Part shown: in pieces, positions 9,543-16,625 of the stretch
Position numbering within the stretch: the stretch's first letter is position 1
How the letters are laid out: each line of letters opens with the position of its first letter
Notes under the pieces: model-generated
The model's database searches: none
Told to the model about the DNA's origin: nothing
The model's input: the letters and a program-made list of their open reading frames with translations, nothing else
Program-made: the position numbers and the translations under genes
Source: Candidatus Krumholzibacteriia bacterium
GTDB taxonomy: Bacteria > Krumholzibacteriota > Krumholzibacteriia > JAJRXK01
DNA length: 21,945 nucleotides
NCBI GenBank assembly: GCA_041484665.1
Contig: JBGPIA010000031.1
Location: forward strand, 1 to 21,945
Direction: 5' to 3'

Positions 9543-10003
9543 ATGGCTCCTCCCGATGGGCTGAAGGTCTTCATCTCCACTCGCGGGACCAGCTGCGGCG
9601 AGTGCGGCTTTCGGCATGGGCGTTCGGCGTGGATCCACCTCGTGGAGGACAAAGGCGCGCTCTGTCTGGCCTGCGCCGATCTGGACCATCTCGAGTTCGT
9701 ACCCGCCGGCAACGCGGCTTTGACGCGTCGGGCCAGGAAGCTGTCCACCCATCCTGCCCCGCGGGTCGCGAGCTGGAGATCGCCGAGCATGCGTGCCGCA
9801 AGTACAGTGGTCGCATCGGCCGGTCCGGTAACGCAAAGAGTCTCGACCCAGGCGCGATCGAGCTGGCGGTCCGAGCGCACGTGCGCCACCGCGAGACGGA
9901 GTACGACCTTCTGCTGGCGCATGGCCACGAGCGGCACCAGGCAAGGAGTGCAGTGACCGCGCAGGTCGCCACAGTGGTGGAAAGGTGGCAGAACGCCACG
10001 TGA
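9543..10003 (+). pseudogene. DUF2293-family protein with internal deletion/frameshift near 9750
   Basis: LKVFIS...CGECG...LCLACADLDHLEFVPAGNAALTRRARKLS jumps frame to CPAGRELEIAEHACRKYSGRIGRS...LAVRAHVRHRETEYDLLL; the usual RKRYERQG segment is absent. Confidence 0.8.
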
Positions 10004-10154
10004 CCTTGCGGTGCCGCCGACTGGACGCCGCGGCCGCCGTGGCCTAGGCGCCGCCGACGCCCCCAGCCGACGCCCCCAATGGTGGTCCGGACCATACGGA
10101 TTCGCTATGCTCCTGTGGGCAGCACGCGCAAGGGCGTCCGCGAGGGAGGTCCAG

Positions 10155-10418
10155 ATGGCAAGGCTGGGAACGACCGAGAAACCCGCGGTTCTGTGCGTGC
10201 AGTCGATGGAGCGCGCCGACGAGCTCATGGCGATCGCCGAGCAGAACGGCTGGAAGGTGATCGTCGGCATCGAGCCCGACCAACCGGAGAACATTGACGA
10301 CCTCGAGACGCTCCTTCGGGGAGGAGCCTCCCCGATCCGGCGCGAGCTGGCCGCCGGCCGCAACGACCCGTGCCCGTGCGGCAGCGGGCGCAAGTTCAAG
10401 AAGTGCTGCGGCGCGTAG
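10155..10418 (+). CDS. small SEC-C metal-binding motif protein (PBPRA1643-like)
   Basis: [23 protein letters not shown]...[11 protein letters not shown]...[18 protein letters not shown]. Confidence 0.9.
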   Translation: MARLGTTEKPAVLCVQSMERADELMAIAEQNGWKVIVGIEPDQPENIDDLETLLRGGASPIRRELAAGRNDPCPCGSGRKFKKCCGA

Positions 10419-10459
10419 CCAGAACGCGGAAGTTCCGGTCCGACAGGAGGCCCGACCCC

Positions 10460-10717
10460 ATGCCCTTCGCCCCCATCACGATGCCCGAATGCGTCGCGCT
10501 GCACCTGCGGAGCAACCCGACCGAGAACGCGGACGACTTGACTTCGAGACTGCGGGCCGCGCTAGCCGCGCGCCTGGCGGGAGACACCAGCGAGCGCGGC
10601 AACGCCCTCTGGGTCATCGGGTCTGCGGTGGCAGGCCACGCCTGCTTCACCTGCATCACGGGGGAGGCCGTTCCGGAGGCGGACTACGAGATTGCGGAAG
10701 CGCTGGGCGCGGACTGA
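10460..10717 (+). CDS. small hypothetical protein with WVIGSA...CFTCITGE...DYEI motif
   Basis: AGGAGG RBS, 85-aa ORF, CxxC motif. Confidence 0.75.
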   Translation: MPFAPITMPECVALHLRSNPTENADDLTSRLRAALAARLAGDTSERGNALWVIGSAVAGHACFTCITGEAVPEADYEIAEALGAD

Positions 10718-10762
10718 ACGAGCGGCCCGCTGCCCGGGCGCTGGCGCTTCCGATTCGCGTAG

Positions 10763-10999
10763 CCGGAGGCTCGCCGTGTCTGCCAGCAGTCCCTCTGGCC
10801 CGTTGCCAGGCGGAAGTTGGACCTGTTGAATCGTGTTGGCGAGCTTCGCGAACTGGGGATTCCGCCGGGGAACCGGCTGGAGCGGCTCCGGCGCGACCGG
10901 CACGGCCAGCATAGCATTCGGATCAACGATCAGTTCCGCGTCTGTTTTCGCTGGGAGGCGGGAGATGCCCACGAAGTCGAAATCGCTGACTACCACTAG
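10763..10999 (+). pseudogene. higB: HigB (RelE/ParE fold) toxin, N-terminus lost
   Basis: PEARRVCQQSLWPVARRKLDLLN...PPGNRLERL..DRHGQHSIRINDQFRVCFRW...VEIADYH; in-frame TAG at 10760-10762 and no upstream start. Confidence 0.85.
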
Positions 11000-11343
11000 G
11001 TCGCGCGCCGGGGGAGGGAGCGCGGGCGGCGGGTCGCCGCCTGCCGTCGCGGCGGCCCCCGACGCACCCGGGGGAGATGCTCTTTGAGGAATTCCTCCGG
11101 CCGTTGGAGATCAGCCAGTCCGCCTTCGCCATCCGCCTGGGGATCTCGTTCCCTCGGCTCAACGAGATTATCCGCGGCAAGCGGGGGGTGACGCCCGATA
11201 CAGCGCTTCGTCTCGAGCGTGTTCTGGGGATGCCCGCGGAGTTCTGGCTCGGACTTCAACTTGACTGGGATCTCTGGCACGCCATGCGCGGTCAGGATGC
11301 AACCGCCATCGCACGGCTCCAGCCACTTCGCCAAGCCGGCTGA
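10965..11343 (+). CDS. higA: HigA antitoxin (XRE HTH); probable frameshift in the 5' leader, HTH core intact from ATG 11077
   Basis: PPTHPGEMLFEEFLRPL...RLNEIIRGKRGVTPDTALRL...FWLGLQ..WDL; ATG 10965 has a GGAGG RBS but is in a different frame from PTHPGE. Confidence 0.85.
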
Positions 11344-11347
11344 GGCC

Positions 11348-11447
11348 GGCCAACCGCGCGCTGCGCCCGACGGCCAGCATTGAAGCGCGACCACTCGAGT
11401 TTCGCCTAGAATCTGCACGGGCTGCGGGCGGGCGCGAGGCGTTAGCC
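11348..11447 (+). other. integron attC-like recombination site (degenerate)
   Basis: R'' GGCCAAC-5nt-L'' GCTGCGCC-CGACGGCC ... GGCTGCG-L' GGCGGGC-7nt-R' GTTAGCC, starting 4 nt after the higA stop; two extrahelical bases as in attC. Confidence 0.65.
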
Positions 11448-11473
11448 ACGCAGGGATTGCTCGCCAGAAGGCG

Positions 11474-11482
11474 TGGTATACT
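11474..11482 (+). promoter_or_regulatory. extended -10 promoter element
   Basis: TGgTATACT about 50 nt upstream of the DUF433 gene. Confidence 0.55.
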
Positions 11483-11533
11483 GTTGGGTGATCCGCACCT
11501 ACGGGTCCACCTCTTGGAGAATCAGGGGCGCGA

Positions 11534-11773
11534 ATGAACTGGCGCGAGCACATCTTGAGCGAGCCCGAGGTCCTCGCCGGTAAGCCGGTGGTTCGAGGGA
11601 CAAGGCTCGCGCTGGACTTCATTCTCGGCCTGCTCGCCGCCGGGTGGGCGGAGGCTCAGGTTCGAGAGAATTACCCCCAGCTGACGGCTGAATCCCTCCG
11701 TGCGGTGTTCGCCTTCGCGGCCGAGACCCTCGGAGAGGAGGCGTGCTATCCGCTCCGTCGCCGAGCCCTTTGA
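11534..11773 (+). CDS. DUF433 antitoxin
   Basis: I..EPEVLAGKPVVRGTRL....ILGLLAAG......ENYPQLT. Confidence 0.9.
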   Translation: MNWREHILSEPEVLAGKPVVRGTRLALDFILGLLAAGWAEAQVRENYPQLTAESLRAVFAFAAETLGEEACYPLRRRAL

Positions 11774-11955
11774 TGCAGCTCTTGACCGACGAGAACACCC
11801 CGCTGGCGACCGTTCGGGCTCTGCGCGCGCCCGGGGATGACGTCCTTTCCGCATCCGAGGCGATGCCCCGCGCGTTGACAAGCCACTGTGGGCGACGAAC
11901 CGCGCGGATTCGCGGAGCTGATTGGCGAGGAGTGCGTGGCGCCGCTCGCGCCTGA
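11773..11955 (+). pseudogene. DUF5615 PIN-like toxin, truncated after about 35 aa
   Basis: TGATG coupling to DUF433; MQLLTDENTPLATVRALRAPGDDVLS matches the M.FL.DEN.P...V..LR..GHDV start, then similarity is lost. Confidence 0.75.
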
Positions 11956-11984
11956 CCGGCAAGGTGATCGATGGGAGGATCCAG

Positions 11985-12521
11985 ATGGATCTTGAGAAGA
12001 AGCTCGCGCGCAAGCTCCGGAGAAACCGGGCGAGCATCCTGAACGATGCCGAAGTGGAGCTCCTGGCGGCGCAGTTGTGCAGCATGCTGGCGACCGAGTT
12101 CCCGCATGTGTTCGGCGGTCGGCCGGCCCAGGCCTTCCAAGACCAGATTCGCTGGGGGGCAGTCGGCGCTCGGTGCCAACAAGCACGAGACGAACGAGGC
12201 TTGTCTCTCAAGGAAGCCGCGGTCGCGGCCGGAGTCCCGCGGTACCGCGCCGAGGGCTCGGAAAAAGGGCGCCTTCGCTCGTTCCGCCCAGATCTCGCCT
12301 GGCGGTACTTCTCGTTTCTGGGTCTCGATCCTTGGTTCCGGCGCTGGGCGCGCGCCAACCCTGAGTTGACAGCGCGATCGGGCCTCGCGGAGGTTGCCGT
12401 CGCGCGTCGTGAGCGAGGCCATGGCGAGCGTGCGAAGGACTCCACCGGCCGCTCCAGCGGACGGACTCGCGCGTCACGCCCCCTGCAAAGCAAGGGCCGC
12501 GCCGCCCGATCCCACCGCTGA
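11985..12521 (+). CDS. XRE-like HTH-containing protein
   Basis: GGAGG RBS; VGARCQQARDERGLSLKEAAVAAGVPRYRAEGSEKG; tail reads through an attC-like site. Confidence 0.7.
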   Translation: MDLEKKLARKLRRNRASILNDAEVELLAAQLCSMLATEFPHVFGGRPAQAFQDQIRWGAVGARCQQARDERGLSLKEAAVAAGVPRYRAEGSEKGRLRSFRPDLAWRYFSFLGLDPWFRRWARANPELTARSGLAEVAVARRERGHGERAKDSTGRSSGRTRASRPLQSKGRAARSHR

Positions 12522-12536
12522 GCGCGGGCGTCAGCC
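12439..12536 (+). other. integron attC-like site (degenerate cores)
   Basis: ACTCCAC-5nt-L'' GCTCCAGC-GGACGG...CCCCTGCAAAGCAAGGG...CC-L' GCTGAGC-6nt-GTCAGCC; canonical spacing and L boxes, but AAC>CAC and GTT>GTC. Confidence 0.6.
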
Positions 12537-12699
12537 GCGACGTGCTGCAGGGGACGGCCACCAGGCCATGACGCGCGGTGGCGAGTCGAAGATCTGAGTC
12601 GGGCGCAACGACCTCGCCCGGGCGCTAGGCCGTTCGGCGGACAGCGAGCTCACTCGGAAGCGTGTACGAGGCTTTTTGGCGGATCTGGAGGCAGAGGCA

Positions 12700-13134
12700 A
12701 TGACGCGGCGCAACGATGACGTTGACGATGTCTTTCCACTGCGGGAGCACGCGGAGGACTTTGCGGGCAGGCGGCGGTCCTTTGTAATCACGTGCCATTC
12801 GACGCCTGTCGGGTTCACGGTTCGGGCGGAGGAAGAGGGGGCAGGCGGCGCTGGGTACGCGTTCGGGGCGTACAGCGAGACGACCTGCGCCGCTGCGCTC
12901 GGACGCCTGCGCGAGAAAATGTACCGGGCGCTGGCCACCCGTCACATCCGGGGTGCTCAAGGAAAGTATGACACGACCCACGACACGGTGCGCGGGCGCA
13001 TCACGTGCGACTCGGAGCGTGGAATTGCTCTGGTGGTCGACGGCATTTCCTTGAGCCTGGGGGACTTCGCTTCGATCCTTGCGTCGCATGAAGGCTGGGA
13101 CTTCGAACTGCGGCTCAGGGACTCGCTGGAGTGA
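12700..13134 (+). CDS. hypothetical protein, DUF7713-like
   Basis: GY.F...ALGRLREKMYRALATRHI...VRGRI...LVVDG..LS...F...L...EGWDFEL; GGAGG/GAGG upstream; family name from memory. Confidence 0.7.
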   Translation: MTRRNDDVDDVFPLREHAEDFAGRRRSFVITCHSTPVGFTVRAEEEGAGGAGYAFGAYSETTCAAALGRLREKMYRALATRHIRGAQGKYDTTHDTVRGRITCDSERGIALVVDGISLSLGDFASILASHEGWDFELRLRDSLE

Positions 13135-13201
13135 TATTCCTGGCGGGGCTCAGATTGCCGAAGGAGACCGCTGCACCCACCGAGGGGTGTGAGCGGCCCG
13201 C

Positions 13202-13390
13202 GGAGATTCGGCCTTCAGCGAGCTGCAACATGACGATGACAACGTCCTCCTCGGCGGCATCGGGTTCGTATCCACTCAAGCCCAGGAAAACTGCCATGGC
13301 CATGAAGGCGATCCGCTTGATGCCGTCGTGGTAGGGGTGGTTGCGAGCCGGCCCGTATCCTCAGGCCGTCGCGAGCGTCGCGAGGTCCGC
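13202..13390 (-). pseudogene. doc: Doc (death-on-curing, Fic fold) toxin remnant
   Basis: ADLATLATA*GYGPARNHPYHDGIKRIAFMAMAVFLGLSGYE...EEDVVIVMLQLAEGRIS; degenerate HPFxDGNKR motif, internal TGA at 13363-13361. Confidence 0.8.
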
Positions 13391-13610
13391 CTTCGCCATC
13401 CGCCTGGGCATCTCGTTCCCCCGGCTCAACGAGATCATCCGCGGCAAGCGGGGGGTGACGCCTGATACAGCGCTCCGTCTCGAGCGTGTCCTGGGAATGC
13501 CCGCGGAGTTCTGGCTCGAACTCCAACTCGACTTGGACCTCTGGCACGCCCTGCGGGGTCAGGATGTAGTCCCTATCGCCCGGCTCCAGGCGCTTCGCCA
13601 TGCCGGCTGA
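13385..13610 (+). pseudogene. higA: second HigA copy, 5'-truncated
   Basis: Aligns with 11118-11343 from GTCCGCCTTCGCC onward; lacks PTHPGE and a start. Confidence 0.9.
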
Positions 13611-13614
13611 GGCC

Positions 13615-13639
13615 GGCCAACCGCGCGCTGCGCCCGACG
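13615..13639 (+). other. left half of attC-like site
   Basis: GGCCAACCGCGCGCTGCGCCCGACG is identical to 11348-11372; right half absent. Confidence 0.55.
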
Positions 13640-13665
13640 CCCGCGGAGACCCAACGCTGCGCCTG

Positions 13666-13674
13666 TGCTACACT
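13666..13674 (+). promoter_or_regulatory. extended -10 element
   Basis: TGcTACACT upstream of the TPR gene. Confidence 0.4.
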
Positions 13675-13810
13675 TCGCGCCGTGGCTCACGGCTCCGCCG
13701 CTCGATCCCGGCTGGTCCGCAAACTCGACCCGCCGCGCACTCCCCGACCGCGCCGAAACCCTCACCCTCCCCAATCCCCGACCCACGCCGCGCTCCCGAA
13801 GGATGCTCTC

Positions 13811-15796
13811 ATGCCCGAACCCATCGACCTCCAGCGCGAACGCTATCGCCGCCTGACCATCGACCCCTCCGACACATGGGAAGGAGCCCTCGCGCGCGTA
13901 GCCGCGTGGATCGAGGGGGAGCGCCCGCAACCGTATCGGCCGGTCGCGCCGTTGTGGGCCAGCGCGCGGACGTCACACGTCTTCTTCGCCGCCCCGATGC
14001 CTCCCGAGCAGGCAACTCCCAGCCTGTTGCTGCAGCGCCTCATGGCCAGCGCACTGTCCGAGGGCGGCGGCCACCGCCCCGCTCGGCTGCGGGTCAAAGA
14101 CGGGGCGCTGGCCGATTTCCTGCGCAGCGAACTCGCTGGCACCGACACCGTGATCGAGGCCGTCGCACAGCTTCCGGCGATCGACGAGTTTCTGGAGGCC
14201 ATGAACGAGCGCTTGGGCGGTCCCATCACGAGCGGCAGCCTGATCGCCGCATGCGGCGGTGACGTGCCGCGCGTGCGGGCCTTCGCCGGCGCCGCCGAGG
14301 GGTTCTTCCGCGCCCGCCCATGGCTGCATCTAGATTCCGACGACCCGCTCCACATCGAGTCGCCGAAGCCGCCGGATCGCGGGCTTTCGTGGCTCACAGT
14401 GATGGGCGCGGCCGGCCAGGAGAGGGGATTGGCTTTCTACGAGTCGCGCGCGAACTACGACCGGCTGTTCGCCACCGAGGCGCGCGAGTACTTCAACGAG
14501 GTGTGGGGCTGGGCTCTCACGTACGACCCGATCGTACACATGGGGTTCGCGGACGCCGACCTTTGGGAGGACGAGGGGTTGCCAGTGGCGGGCCCCGACG
14601 CGTACCCGCTGGTCATCTGCGCGGAGCGCCGTCTCAAGCGCTTCACGCGGCCCGACGCGCCCGCGCTGGCCTTTCTCGAGGGGCTGCTGCGCGCCCTGGC
14701 CGATACGACCGAGGACGAGCTCGACTCCGGCCGCTGGACGAAGACCGTTTCCACGATCGACGGCCCGCAGACCTACACGCTCGCGTTGCCGGACGTGCTG
14801 AAGCCGCCGCGCGAGACGTTTCCGCTCGACGATCACTCCGGGCGGCGCGCGACCGAGCGCGCGCTGCGCAACCTGCATCGGCTCATCGCCGACCAGCAGT
14901 TCGAGTCCCCCGATCAGCTGAATCAGTTCGTGCAGTCCAAGATCGTCGGCGGGGTTGTGCCCGAGGCCGCTCCCCGCAACGTTCAGGAGCAAGCGCAGGA
15001 CCTGGTGGACCAGGCTGCCGGGGCGCGCGGTCGCCTGCAGCTGAAGCTCGCGCGCCAGGCGTTGCGCCTGGATCCCGATTGCGCCGATGCGTACGTGGTG
15101 CTCGCCCAGAGCATGCCCGATCCACAGCTCGCGACCGACCTCTACCGCAAGGCCGTCGATGCCGGACAGCGGGCGTTGGGAGCCGCGTTCTTCGAGGAGA
15201 ACGCCGGCCATTTCTGGGGATTGCTCGAGACGCGCCCATACATGCGTGCCCGGTTTGGTCTGGCCGATGCGCTGCAGCGCGCCGGCGGCCTGGACGAGGC
15301 CATCACGCACTACCGCGAGCTGCTGCGCTTGAACCCTTCCGACAATCAGGGGGTCCGCACCGAACTGATGCGCAGTCTGCTGCGCGCTGGACGCGACGCA
15401 GACGTCGAAGAGCTGGCGGCGCGCTATGACGATGATTCGCAAGCGAGCTTCGGCTACGCGCGGGCGCTGGCCGCCTTCCGCCGCCACGGCGATGGGCCCG
15501 CATCCCAGGCGCTGCTGGAGCAGGCCTTGCGCGGCAATCGTCTGGCCGCGCAGTTCCTGCTGGGCCGCCGCCGTTTGCCCGACGAGCTGCCCGACAGCTT
15601 CGTCCTGGGCGGTCAGGACGAGGCGGTGCTGTGCGCTGACGAGCTGCTCCCCGTGTGGCGTGAGACTCCAGGGGCTCTGGCCTGGCTGGAGGGCCGGCTG
15701 CGCGAACGCCGCCACGAGAAGCGCGCGTCAAAAAAACAACGCCCGGGCGGCCGGGCGGCGCGTGGCGGCGCGGGGGGCGGCGGCTCGGCGGGTTGA
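13811..15796 (+). CDS. DUF6930/DUF7309-like domains plus C-terminal TPR repeats, 661 aa
   Basis: AAEGFFRARPWLHL...VMGAAGQERGLAFY; TPR region ALRLDPDCADAYVVLA...HFWGLLETRPYMRAR...LRLNPSDNQGVR; AAGGA before ATG 13811. Confidence 0.85.
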   Translation: MPEPIDLQRERYRRLTIDPSDTWEGALARVAAWIEGERPQPYRPVAPLWASARTSHVFFAAPMPPEQATPSLLLQRLMASALSEGGGHRPARLRVKDGALADFLRSELAGTDTVIEAVAQLPAIDEFLEAMNERLGGPITSGSLIAACGGDVPRVRAFAGAAEGFFRARPWLHLDSDDPLHIESPKPPDRGLSWLTVMGAAGQERGLAFYESRANYDRLFATEAREYFNEVWGWALTYDPIVHMGFADADLWEDEGLPVAGPDAYPLVICAERRLKRFTRPDAPALAFLEGLLRALADTTEDELDSGRWTKTVSTIDGPQTYTLALPDVLKPPRETFPLDDHSGRRATERALRNLHRLIADQQFESPDQLNQFVQSKIVGGVVPEAAPRNVQEQAQDLVDQAAGARGRLQLKLARQALRLDPDCADAYVVLAQSMPDPQLATDLYRKAVDAGQRALGAAFFEENAGHFWGLLETRPYMRARFGLADALQRAGGLDEAITHYRELLRLNPSDNQGVRTELMRSLLRAGRDADVEELAARYDDDSQASFGYARALAAFRRHGDGPASQALLEQALRGNRLAAQFLLGRRRLPDELPDSFVLGGQDEAVLCADELLPVWRETPGALAWLEGRLRERRHEKRASKKQRPGGRAARGGAGGGGSAG

Positions 15797-15922
15797 GGCC
15801 CTGCGGCACGCGCCCAAGCCCCAAGCGACTTGTGCAAATCCAAAGTCCGCCTCTTGATTTGCGCGCGACTGAAATCGCGCTGTGGCCCGCGCCCCGGGCG
15901 CGTCGTCTTCTGAGCTCGAGTC

Positions 15923-15951
15923 TTGACCGTGGGTGTAACCGCGGCTCTACT
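15923..15951 (+). promoter_or_regulatory. sigma70-type promoter, probably giving a leaderless TA transcript
   Basis: TTGACC-17nt-TCTACT, 6 nt before ATG 15958, no RBS; GGGTGTAACC quasi-palindrome in the spacer. Confidence 0.55.
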
Positions 15952-15957
15952 CATTCC

Positions 15958-16197
15958 ATGAAAACCGCCATCTCCATCCCCGATGACTTGTTCAAAGCCG
16001 CAGAGCGCATAGCCAGGCGACTGGGGCTCTCCCGGAGCCAGCTCTACCAGCGCGCGATCCTCCACTTCCTCGAGGGGCAGGCGGGCAGCCATATGACGGA
16101 GGCGTTGGATCAGGTCTACGATTCCAGGGAGCCGATTGCCCTGGACCCGGTGCTGGATCGGATGCAGCGGGCGAGCCTCCCTCAGGAGGAGTGGTGA
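15958..16197 (+). CDS. ChpI-like ribbon-helix-helix antitoxin
   Basis: MKTAISIPDDLFKAAERIARRLGLSRSQLYQRAI...TEALDQVY...EEW. Confidence 0.9.
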   Translation: MKTAISIPDDLFKAAERIARRLGLSRSQLYQRAILHFLEGQAGSHMTEALDQVYDSREPIALDPVLDRMQRASLPQEEW

Positions 16198-16535
16198 TCC
16201 AGCGTGGTGAGCTCTGGTGGGCGGATTTGGTAGACCCCCGCGGTTCGCATCCCGGGTACCGGCGCCCGGTGATCGTGATCCAATCGGATGCGTTCAATCG
16301 CAGCCGGGTCGGCACGGTGATCATCGGGGCGATCAACTCGAATCTCGATCTGGTCGCGGCTCCCAGGAACGTCCGACTGACACGCCGGGAGAGCAATCTG
16401 TCACGAGCGTCGGTCGTGAACGTCTCGCAGCTGCTGACCCTGGACCGCCGCTTCCTAACCGAGCGAATCTGCCGGCTGCCCGCCGATGTTATCCGTGAAC
16501 TGGAGGAGGGCCTTCGGTTGGTGCTGGGGTTGTAA
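16191..16535 (+). CDS. mazF: PemK/MazF (ChpK-like) endoribonuclease toxin
   Basis: QRGELWWADL...GYRRPVIVIQSDAFN...SVVNVSQLLTLDR; overlaps the antitoxin stop. Confidence 0.92.
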   Translation: MVIQRGELWWADLVDPRGSHPGYRRPVIVIQSDAFNRSRVGTVIIGAINSNLDLVAAPRNVRLTRRESNLSRASVVNVSQLLTLDRRFLTERICRLPADVIRELEEGLRLVLGL

Positions 16536-16584
16536 CCCTGCTTGGGGACAGCTTCGACCTCAGCGGCTCCATCGAGTGGGTTAC
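16532..16584. terminator. hairpin between convergent genes
   Basis: GTAACCC...GGGTTAC outer stem with additional imperfect pairing. Confidence 0.35.
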
Positions 16585-16625
16585 GCGCTCAGTGGACCCC
16601 CCTGCCAACCGGTAGCCCGCTTTGC

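Noticed and set aside
12537..12640. Further attC fragments (GCTGCAGGGGACGGCC, GTTCGGC)
   Set aside because: No matching L' arm; too degenerate to support
14320..15715. 369-aa (+) and 461-aa (-) ORFs
   Set aside because: Alternative-frame and antisense shadows of the TPR gene in high-GC DNA
16529..16586. TAAC...GTTA hairpin after mazF as attC
   Set aside because: L boxes are not complementary at canonical spacing
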